Shown here: in pieces, positions 1-10,259 of the stretch
Layout of the letters: the number at the start of each line of letters is the position of its first letter
Numbering within the stretch: position 1 is the stretch's first letter
Notes under the pieces: model-generated
What the model was told of the DNA's origin: nothing
What the model saw: only the letters and a program-made list of their open reading frames with translations
Databases searched by the model: none
Position numbers and translations under genes: made by a program
Source: Balanoglossus misakiensis
Taxonomy: Eukaryota > Animalia > Hemichordata
NCBI GenBank assembly: GCA_040954595.2
Contig: CM082591.2
Span: 10,123,309 to 10,187,308 of the forward strand
Length of the DNA stretch: 64,000 nucleotides
Reading direction: 5' to 3'

Positions 1-110
1 CCCCTATTGTGACTTTTATGTCTAGTCTCCCCTAATTTGTCTTGGAGAAAATGGGTGGTCCCCCCCTCTGAAAATTCTCCGCCCCCTGGAAGTAAATTCT
101 GAACAGTCCC
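1..110. mobile_element. Right part of the PIF/Harbinger-like MITE, cut by the window edge
   Basis: Ends in the TIR TGGAAGTAAATTCTGAACAGTCCC (87-110), followed by TTA. Confidence 0.8.
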
Positions 111-214
111 TTATGAAAGCCAACAGCTAGCACCCCGGCTTCTCTGCCAGAGGAGCGATAACATCGACAAAATGCAGATACACAAGAAATGAGCACTTTA
201 TTCCACTAGTGAAG

Positions 215-302
215 TAGTCTGTTCCCTGCCCCATTCCCACCGCTGGCTGCGCCCTTTAGCGTAGCGTCGATGGCAGTGGGAATGGGGCAGGGGACCAGAC
301 TA
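215..302. mobile_element. 88-bp fold-back miniature DNA transposon (AcademH-like), first copy
   Basis: TAGTCTG...CAGACTA termini and ~29-bp imperfect inverted arms. Flanks are CTAGTGAAG / CAAGTGAAG, so the left duplication carries one SNP in this copy. Confidence 0.7.
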
Positions 303-2315
303 CAAGTGAAGAACCCCAGTAACAGACGTAACGAACAAACAAACTACATGTACTAACAACAAAGCAAGAAAAGTGTCAAGCGTCGTCAAAGAAAACGAAA
401 AAGTTCTAGCATGGTTGGTAAAAGTTATTGGTAGAAAACGAATAGGGCCTTCTACAAATGACGTCTCAGACCCGCAAACGCCACCAGAACACAAAACACA
501 TGCACAGAAAAGTTTAAGCCGGTTGTTGTATGGAGCAGCAATAATCTGCGGTTGGGCCGTCGTAGATTTTCGCTGGTGGTGAAAATAAATAAAACACGAT
601 CGATGTTCGATTTATTCCAGATCACATGTGTTTACGGCCAGGAGAGAGCATAAAAGTCTTCAAATGACCATGTGGTGGCGCACTTTTTCCGATTGGCTGT
701 ATTTCAATTTGTTCGTGGTAAATTAATTTTGTGGAGGTGACCGGCACTGAAGCTCTTAGCTAGGATGAGGTGGGATGGAAAAATGCCCCATTTTAGCTGT
801 TTTAAAATATACGACTATTTATAGACAAAAGGAAAATAAAACGAGCGCAAAAACATACCAAACCTAGTTTTTTTAATTAAAAACAAAATTGCTGAGTAAA
901 GGTTTTCATGTGGGCATTCACTTTGAACTTGCTAAATTAATTTAAAGAGACAAAGTCGCTCTCTCTTTGTCCTTTTGCGATGATAGAATGCTTGCTTGAA
1001 GTCTCTCGTGCAATAAATGATGTCGATTCATACATGTATGGATGGTGTATAGGTGGTCGGAATTTACATGTCTTCGCCACGACCAAACCAACAACACGTA
1101 AAATCAAAGTTTGGGTCATAAAATCGAGTTTGGTTACAGTCTAGAATTTCATGCCACCCCTTATGGTCATATTATTCTTGGTAGGCAAAAGTGACAAGTA
1201 GTCAAGTTTCAACACAGGCAACATTTTTTACAAACAAACCACAAAGAAGACATCAAAAGGGAGAGAATTATAGAATGGTCAATGTGTGAAAAGTTAAGAT
1301 ACGTAAAGTGGCCGGGTTCAACATTAACTCATCGACTTCATATCGTCTTCATGCCATGGTTTTTGCCTGCCCTGAAAGTTCTTGTCGTTGCAGAAGTGGT
1401 TTTGACAGAAAGAATTTAGTCTTCCGGGATGTTTGTGATTATTTGAACACCAGACAATACAATGCAACCTTGACTTCCAAAATATTTACCGGCATTGCAT
1501 TATCTTACCATGGTTAGGCCTACAGTGAACAAATTTTCAACAATATTTTCTGAGTTACCGCTGATATTTGTTTTGTAGTATGGATATTAAATTATACATC
1601 CCGATACAAAACAGAATGTTATAGAATCCTTCCTGAGTGATATTGAAAAAATTACCGGAATGCTACCGCCTAATCTATGGTTAGGGTTATTGCTATTATT
1701 CTATATCAGTAATCGACTTTGTGTATATCAATGTCATTTTCATAACGAAAATGAACTCGAGTCTAATGTAAACGTTACGAATTGATCGAAAGGCGCTCTG
1801 ATGAATGTTAACACGAGTGCGCAGTGACAAGACATGCATCGTGCATGACAGTGACAACAGTTCCTATAGAGCAGTTAAAAAATAAACCGGCCGTCCGTAA
1901 ATTTATCAGCTATATTTTTTTTTATTTAGTCACGTTTTCCCTGTTGCATGCTATTAGTTCAGGGGCCAGTTTTAGCAGTGCTCTATTGAGTACTTTCATA
2001 TCGATGGATTGATCTCTCGTCCAATCAGAATGGCGGATGGTAGCATGATCCGACATATTGCGTATTACAATAGGGCTTCCTCATACAGGTCAGAACGGAG
2101 AGGTCATTCCTTTTATTTTAGGACGTCTCAGCTCCTTTGTCTTTTCTGTTATAGTGTTAAAGAAATCAAACGGTTTTGTTTTGGCCGGTAAACACCGATG
2201 GATTAACTCTTAAGTCCATCGTGCATCCAAACGCAGTCGAGTCGGTTTGGTCATTGTTTATGCGACAGTAAATGCCAAATGTGACAGAAGCATCATATTA
2301 AATGAGATAGAATAC

Positions 2316-2371
2316 ACAAACAAACAAACATACGAATAAACAAACAGGCAAACAAACAAACAAACAAACAA
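2316..2371 (+). repeat. Imperfect (CAAA)n microsatellite, one per monomer
   Basis: ACAAACAAACAAACATACGAATAAACAAACAGGCAAACAAACAAACAAACAAACAA. Copy number varies by +/-1 tetramer between monomers (compare 2350, 4870, 40070 and 42590). Confidence 0.9.
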
Positions 2372-2377
2372 CCATTA

Positions 2378-2632
2378 GGGACTGTTCAGAATTTACTTCC
2401 AAGTTGGGGATGGAGGATTTTTTATTTTCCTGGTGATTTTTTTCCATGGTCTCCCCTAGTAAATTGTGGAGGAAATATATGGTCCCTCCTTAAATTTCCT
2501 GGGGATTTTCCATGGTCCCCCTATTGTGACTTTTATGTCTAGTCTCCCCTAATTTGTCTTGGAGAAAATGGGTGGTCCCCCCCCCCCCTCTGAAAATTCT
2601 CCGCCCCCTGGAAGTAAATTCTGAACAGTCCC
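2378..2632. mobile_element. PIF/Harbinger (Tourist-like) MITE, ~250-256 bp; representative copy, one per monomer (22 complete copies)
   Basis: Perfect 24-bp TIRs: GGGACTGTTCAGAATTTACTTCCA (2378-2401) and TGGAAGTAAATTCTGAACAGTCCC (2609-2632). TTA lies on both sides (2375-2377, 2633-2635). A 3-bp TWA duplication with G-rich TIR starts is the established PIF/Harbinger signature. No ORF. Confidence 0.82.
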
Positions 2633-2736
2633 TTATTAAAGCCAACAGCTAGCACCCTGGCTTCTCTGCCAGAGGAGCGATAACATCGACAAAATGCAGA
2701 TACACAAGAAATGAGCACTTTATTCCACAAGTGAAG

Positions 2737-2824
2737 TAGTCTGTTCCCTGCCCCATTCCCACCGCTGGCTGTGCCCTTTAGCGTAGCGCCGATGGCAGTG
2801 GGAATGGGGCAGGGGACCAGACTA
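2737..2824. mobile_element. 88-bp fold-back miniature DNA transposon with 9-bp TSD (AcademH-like); representative copy, 23 copies in window
   Basis: An exact direct repeat CAAGTGAAG at 2728-2736 and 2825-2833 brackets TAGTCTGTTCCCTGCCCCATTCCCAC...GTGGGAATGGGGCAGGGGACCAGACTA. Other copies start at 5248, 7746, 10243, 12762, 15279, 17800, 20316, 22832, 25350, 27866, 30384, 32903, 35421, 37937, 40457, 42971, 45487, 48000, 50517, 52923 and 55423. The superfamily assignment is inferred from termini and TSD length. Confidence 0.75.
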
Positions 2825-5800
2825 CAAGTGAAGAACCCCAGTAACAGACGTAACGAACAAACAAACTACATGTACTAACAACAAAGCAAGAAAAGTGTCA
2901 AGCGTCGTCAAAGAAAACGAAAAAGTTCTAGCATGGTTGGTAAAAGTTATTGGTAGAAAACGAATAGGGCCTTCTACAAATGACGTCTCAGACCCGCAAA
3001 CGCCACCAGAACACAAAACACATGCACAGAACAGTTTAAGCCGGTTGTTGTATGGAGCAGCAATAATCTGCGGTTGGGCCGTCGTAGATTTTCGCTGGTG
3101 GTGAAAATAAATAAAACACGATCGATGTTCGATTTATTCCAGATCACATGCGTTTACGGCCAGGAGAGAGCATAAAAGTCTTCAAATGACCATGTGGTGG
3201 CGCACTTTTTCCGATTGGCTGTATTTCAATTTGTTCGTGGTAAATTAATTTTGTGGAGGTGACCGGCACTGAAGCTCTTAGCTAGGATGAGGTGGGATGG
3301 AAAAATGCCCCATTTTAGCTGTTTTAAAATATACGACTATTTATAGACAAAAGGAAAATAAAACAAGCGCAAAAACATACCAAACCTAGTTTTATTAATT
3401 AAAAACAAAATTGCTGAGTAAAGGTTTTCATGTGGGCATTCACTTTGAACTTGCTAAATTAATTTAAAGAGACAAAGTCGCTCTCTCTTTGTCCTTTTGC
3501 GATGATAGAATGCTTGCTTGAAGTCTCTCGTGCAATAAATGATGTCGATTCATACATGTATGGATGGTGTATAGGTGGTCGGAATTTACATGTCTTTGCC
3601 ACGACCAAACCAACAACACGTAAAATCAAAGTTTGGGTCATGAAATCGAGTTTTGTTACAGTCTAGAATTTCATGCCACCCCTTATGGTCATATTATTCT
3701 TGGTAGGCAAAAGTGACAAGTAGTCAAGTTTCAACACAGGCAACATTTTTTACAAACAAACCACAAAGAAGACATCAAAAGGGTGAGAATTATAGAATGG
3801 TCAATGTGTGAAAAGTTAAGATACGTAAAGTGGCCGGGTTCAACATTAACTCATCGACTTCATATCGTCTTCATGCCATGGTTTTTGCCTGCCCTGAAAG
3901 TTCTTGTCGTTGCAGAAGTGGTTTTGACAGAAAGAATTTAGTCTTCCGGGATGTTTGTGATTATTTGAACACCAGACAATACAATGCAACCTTGACTTCC
4001 AAAATACTTACCGGCATTGCATTATCTTACCATGGTTAGGCCTACAGTGAACAAATTTTCAACAATATTTTCTGAGTTACCGCTGATATTTGTTTTGTAG
4101 TATGGATATTAAATTATACATCCCGATACAAAACAGAATGTTATAGAATCCTTCCTGAGTGATATTGAAAAAATTACCGGAATGCTACCGCCTAATCTAT
4201 GGTTAGGGTTATTGCTATTATTTTATATCAGTAATCGACTTTGTGTATATCAATGTCATTTTCATAACGAAAATGAACTCGAGTCTAATGTAAACGTTAC
4301 GAATTGATCGAAAGGCGCTCTGATGAATGTTAACACGAGTGCGCAGTGACAAGACATGCATCGTGCATGACAGTGACAACAGTTCCTATAGAGCAGTTAA
4401 AAAATAAACCGGCCGTCCGTAAATTTATCAGCTATTTTTTTTTATTTAGTCACGTTTTCCCTGTTGCATGCTATTAGTTCAGGGGCCAGTTTTAGCAGTG
4501 CTCTATTGAGTACTTTCGTATCGATGGATTGATCTCTCGTCCAATCAGAATGGCGGATGGTAGCATGATCCGACATATTGCGTATTACAATAGGGCTTCC
4601 TCATACAGGTCAGAACGGAGAGGTCATTCCTTTTATTTTATGACGTCTCAGCTCCTTTGTCTTTTCTGTTATAGTGTTAAAGAAATCAAACGGTTTTGTT
4701 TTGGCCGGTAAACACCGATGGATTAACTCTTAAGTCCATCGTGCATCCAAACGCAGTCGAGTCGGTTTGGTCATTGTTTATGCGACAGTAAATGCCAAAT
4801 GTGACAGAAGCATCATATTAAATGAGATAGAATACACAAACAAACAAACATACGAATAAACAAACAGGCAAACAAACAAACAAACAACCATTAGGGACTG
4901 TTCAGAATTTACTTCCAAGTTGGGGATGGAGGATTTTTTATTTTCCTGGTGATTTTTTTCCATGGTCTCCCCTAGTAAATTGTGGAGGAAATATGTGGTC
5001 CCTCCTTAAATTTCCTGGGGATTTTCCATGGTCCCCCTATTGTGACTTTTATGTCTAGTCTCCCCTAATTTGTCTTGGAGAAAATGGGTGGTCCCCCCCT
5101 CTGAAAATTCTCCGCCCCCTGGAAGTAAATTCTGAACAGTCCCTTATTAAAGCCAACAGCTAGCACCCTGGCTTCTCTGCCAGAGGAGCGATAACATCGA
5201 CAAAATGCAGATACACAAGAAATGAGCACTTTATTCCACAAGTGAAGTAGTCTGTTCCCTGCCCCATTCCCACCGCTGGCTGCGCCCTTTAGCGTAGCGC
5301 CGATGGCAGTGGGAATGGGGCAGGGGACCAGACTACAAGTGAAGAACCCCAGTAACAGACGTAACGAACAAACAAACTACATGTACTAACAACAAAGCAA
5401 GAAAAGTGTCAAGCGTCGTCAAAGAAAACGAAAAAGTTCTAGCATGGTTGGTAAAAGTTATTGGTAGAAAACGAATAGGGCCTTCTACAAATGACGTCTC
5501 AGACCCGCAAACGCCACCAGAACACAAAACACATGCACAGAACAGTTTAAGCCGGTTTTTGTATGGAGCAGCAATAATCTGCGGTTGGGCCGTCGTAAAT
5601 TTTCGCTGGTGGTGAAAATAAATAAAACACGATCGATGTTCGATTTATTCCAGATCACATGCGTTTACGGCCAGGAGAGAGCATAAAAGTCTTCAAATGA
5701 CCATGTGGTGGCGCACTTTTTCCGATTGGCTGTATTTCAATTTGTTCGTGGTAAATTAATTTTGTGGAGGTGACCGGCACTGAAGCTCTTAGCTAGGATG

Positions 5801-8800
5801 AGGTGGGATGGAAAAATGCCCCATTTTAGCTGTTTTAAAATATACGACTATTTATAGACAAAAGGAAAATAAAACAAGCGCAAAAACATACCAAACCTAG
5901 TTTTATTAATTAAAAACAAAATTGCTGAGTAAAGGTTTTCATGTGGGCATTCACTTTGAACTTGCTAAATTAATTTAAAGAGACAAAGTCGCTCTCTCTT
6001 TGTCCTTTTGCGATGATAGAATGCTTGCTTGAATTCTCTCGTGCAATAAATGATGTCGATTCATACATGTATGGATGGTGTATAGGTGGTCGGAATTTAC
6101 ATGTCTTTGCCACATAAAATCAAAGTTTGGGTCATGAAATCGAGTTTTGTTACAGTCTAGAATTTCATGCCACCACTTATGGTCATATTATTCTTAGTAG
6201 GCAAAAGTGACAAGTAGTCAAGTTTCAACACATGCAACATTTTTTACAAACAAACCACAAAGAAGACATCAAAAGGGAGAGAATTATAGAATGGTCAATG
6301 TGTGAAAAGTTAAGATACGTAAAGTGGCCGGGTTCAACATTAACTCATCGACTTCATATCGTCTTCATGCCATGGTTTTTGCCTGCCCTGAAAGTTCTTG
6401 TCGTTGCAGAAATGGTTTTGACAGAAAGAATTTAGTCTTCCGGGATGTTTGTGATTATTTGAACACCAGACAATACAATGCAACCTTGACTTCCAAAATA
6501 CTTACCGGCATTGCATTATCTTACCATGGTTAGGCCTACAGTGAACAAATTTTCAACAATATTTTCTGAGTTACCGCTGATATTTGTTTTGTAGTATGGA
6601 TATTAAATTATTCATCCCGATACAAATCAGAATGTTATAGAATCCTTCCTGAGTGATATTGAAAAAATTACCGGAATGCTACCGCCTAATCTATGGTTAG
6701 GGTTATTGCTTTTATTTTATATCAGTAATCGACTTAGTGTATATCAATGTCATTTTCATAACGAAAATGAACTCGAGTCTAATGTAAACGTTACGAATTG
6801 ATCAAAAGGCGCTCTGATGAATGTTAACACGAGTGCGCAGTGACAAGACATGCATCGTGCGTGACAGTGACAACAGTTCATATAGAGCAGTTAAAAAATA
6901 AACCGGCCGTCCGTAAATTTATCAGCTATATTTTTTTTTTTTAGTCACGTTTTCCCTGTTGCATGCTATTAGTTCAGGGGCCAGTTTTAGCAGTGCTCTA
7001 TTGAGTACTTTCGTATCGATGGATTGATCTCTCGTCCAATCAGAATGGCGGATGGTAGCATGATCCGACATATTGCGTATTACAATAGGGCTTCCTCATA
7101 CAGGTCAGAACGGAGAGGTCATTCCTTTTATTTTAGGACGTCTCAGCTCCTTTGTCTTTTCTGTTATAGTGTTAAAGAAATCAAACGGTTTTGTTTTGGC
7201 CGGTAAACACCGATGGATTAACTCTTAAGTCCATCGTGCATCCAAACGCAGTCGAGTCGGTTTGGTCATTGTTTATGCGACAGTAAATGCCAAATGTGAC
7301 AGAAGCATCATATTAAATGAGATAGAATACACAAACAAACAAACATACGAATAAACAAACAGGCAAACAAACAAACAAACAACCATTAGGGACTGTTCAG
7401 AATTTACTTCCAAGTTGGGGATGGAGGATTTTTTATTTTCCTGGTGATTTTTTTCCATGGTCTCCCCTAGTAAATTGTGGAGGAAATATGTGGTCCCTCC
7501 TTAAATTTCCTGGGGATTTTCCATGGTCCCCCTATTGTGACTTTTATGTCTAGTCTCCCCTAATTTGTCTTGGAGAAAATGGGTGGTCCCCCCCCCCTCT
7601 GAAAATTCTCCGCCCCCTGGAAGTAAATTCTGAACAGTCCCTTATTAAAGCCAACAGCTAGCACCCTGGCTTCTCTGCCAGAGGAGCGATAACATCGACA
7701 AAATGCAGATACACAAGAAATGAGCACTTTATTCCACAAGTGAAGTAGTCTGTTCCCTGCCCCATTCCCACCGCTGGCTGCGCCCTTTAGCGTAGCGCCG
7801 ATGGCAGTGGGAATGGGGCAGGGGACCAGACTACAAGTGAAGAACCCCAGTAACAGACGTAACGAACAAACAAACTACATGTACTAACAACAAAGCAAGA
7901 AAAGTGTCAAGCGTCGTCAAAGAAAACGAAAAAGTTCTAGCATGGTTGGTAAAAGTTATTGGTAGAAAACGAATAGGGCCTTCTACAAATGACGTCTCAG
8001 ACCCGCAAACGCCACCAGAACACAAAACACATGCACAGAACAGTTTAAGCCGGTTGTTGTATGGAGCAGCAATAATCTGCGGTTGGGCCGTCGTAGATTT
8101 TCGCTGGTGGTGAAAATAAATAAAACACGATCGATGTTCGATTTATTCCAGATCACATGCGTTTACGGCCAGGAGAGAGCATAAAAGTCTTCAAATGACC
8201 ATGTGGTGGCGCACTTTTTCCGATTGGCTGTATTTCAATTTGTTCGTGGTAAATTAATTTTGTGGAGGTGACCGGCACTGAAGCTCTTAGCTAGGATGAG
8301 GTGGGATGGAAAAATGCCCCATTTTAGCTGTTTTAAAATATACGACTATTTACAGACAAAAGGAAAATAAAACAAGCGCAAAAACATACCAAACCTAGTT
8401 TTATTAATTAAAAACAAAATTGCTGAGTAAAGGTTTTCATGTGGGCATTCACTTTGAACTTGCTAAATTAATTTAAAGAGACAAAGTCGCTCTCTCTTTG
8501 TCCTTTTGCGATGATAGAATGCTTGCTTGAATTCTCTCGTGCAATAAATGATGTCGATTCATACATGTATGGATGGTGTATAGGTGGTCGGAATTTACAT
8601 GTCTTTGCCACGTAAAATCAAAGTTTGGGTCATGAAATCGAGTTTTGTTACAGTCTAGAATTTCATGCCACCACTTATGGTCATATTATTCTTGGTAGGC
8701 AAAAGTGACAAGTAGTCAAGTTTCAACACATGCAACATTTTTTACAAACAAACCACAAAGAAGACATCAAAAGGGAGAGAATTATAGAATGGTCAATGTG

Positions 8801-10259
8801 TGAAAAGTTAAGATACGTAAAGTGGCCGGGTTCAACATTAACTCATCGACTTCATATCGTCTTCATGCCATGGTTTTTGCCTGCCCTGAAAGTTCTTGTC
8901 GTTGCAGAAGTGGTTTTGACAGAAAGAATTTAGTCTTCCGGGATGTTTGTGATTATTTGAACACCAGACAATACAATGCAACCTTGACTTCCAAAATACT
9001 TACCGGCATTGCATTATCTTACCATGGTTAGGCCTACAGTGAACAAATTTTCAACAATATTTTCTGAGTTACCGCTGATATTTGTTTTGTAGTATGGATA
9101 TTAAATTATACATCCCGATACAAATCAGAATGTTATAGAATCCTTCCTGAGTGATATTGAAAAAATTACCGGAATGCTACCGCCTAATCTATGGTTAGGG
9201 TTATTGCTATTATTTTATATCAGTAATCGACTTTGTGTATATCAATGTCATTTTCATAACGAACATGAACTCGAGTCTAATGTAAACGTTACGAATTGAT
9301 CGAAAGGCGCTCTGATGAATGTTAACACGAGTGCGCAGTGACAAGACATGCATCGTGCGTGACAGTGACAACAGTTCATATAGAGCAGTTAAAAAATAAA
9401 CCGGCCGTCCGTAAATTTATCAGCTATTTTTTTTTTATTTAGTCACGTTTTCCCTGTTGCATGCTATTAGTTCAGGGGCCAGTTTTAGCAGTGCTCTATT
9501 GAGTACTTTCGTATCGATGGATTGATCTCTCGTCCAATCAGAATGGCGGATGGTAGCATGATCCGACATATTGCGTATTACAATAGGGCTTCCTCATACA
9601 GGTCAGAACGGAGAGGTCATTCCTTTTATTTTAGGACGTCTCAGCTCCTTTGTCTTTTCTGTTATAGTGTTAAAGAAATCAAACGGTTTTGTTTTGGCCG
9701 GTAAACACCGATGGATTAACTCTTAAGTCCATCGTGCATCCAAACGCAGTCGAGTCGGTTTGGTCATTGTTTATGCGACAGTAAATGCCAAATGTGACAG
9801 AAGCATCATATTAAATGAGATAGAATACACAAACAAACAAACATACGAATAAACAAACAGGCAAACAAACAAACAAACAACCATTAGGGACTGTTCAGAA
9901 TTTACTTCCAAGTTGGGGATGGAGGATTTTTTATTTTCCTGGTGATTTTTTTCCATGGTCTCCCCTAGTAAATTGTGGAGGAAATATGTGGTCCCTCCTT
10001 AAATTTCCTGGGGATTTTCCATGGTCCCCCTATTGTGACTTTTATGTCTAGTCTCCCCTAATTTGTCTTGGAGAAAATGGGTGGTCCCCCCCCCTCTGAA
10101 AATTCTCCGCCCCCTGGAAGTAAATTCTGAACAGTCCCTTATTAAAGCCAACAGCTAGCACCCTGGCTTCTCTGCCAGAGGAGCGATAACATCGACAAAA
10201 TGCAGATACACAAGAAATGAGCACTTTATTCCACAAGTGAAGTAGTCTGTTCCCTGCCC

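Noticed and set aside
630-660. GTTTACGGCCA resembling the 5S rRNA start
   Set aside because: There is no TACCAC continuation, no internal control region and no 120-nt 5S fold.
1275-1325. Weak A-box/B-box pair (TGGTCAATGTG...GGGTTCAAC), a possible tRNA or SINE head
   Set aside because: No cloverleaf or T-stem pairing, and the B-box is incomplete.
1786-1822. CTGATGA with nearby GAAA, a possible hammerhead ribozyme
   Set aside because: After the TGTTAACA stem the sequence is CGAG rather than GAAA. The upstream GAAA is too close to allow stems I and III.
460-2131. 10-bp direct repeat GACGTCTCAG twice per monomer, a possible TSD
   Set aside because: No inverted termini inside either interval. 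A few 10-mer matches are expected by chance in 2.5 kb.
2577-2588. Variable poly-C (7-13 nt) and poly-T tracts as a phase-variation switch
   Set aside because: They are not in a credible gene. Slippage or long-read homopolymer error explains the variation.
4004-4040. ATACTTACC resembling the U1 snRNA 5' end
   Set aside because: It continues GGCATTGC rather than TGGCAGGGG/TGGCGCAG, with no U1 stem-loops or Sm site at the expected distance. At most it is a minus-strand GGTAAGTAT donor-like motif.
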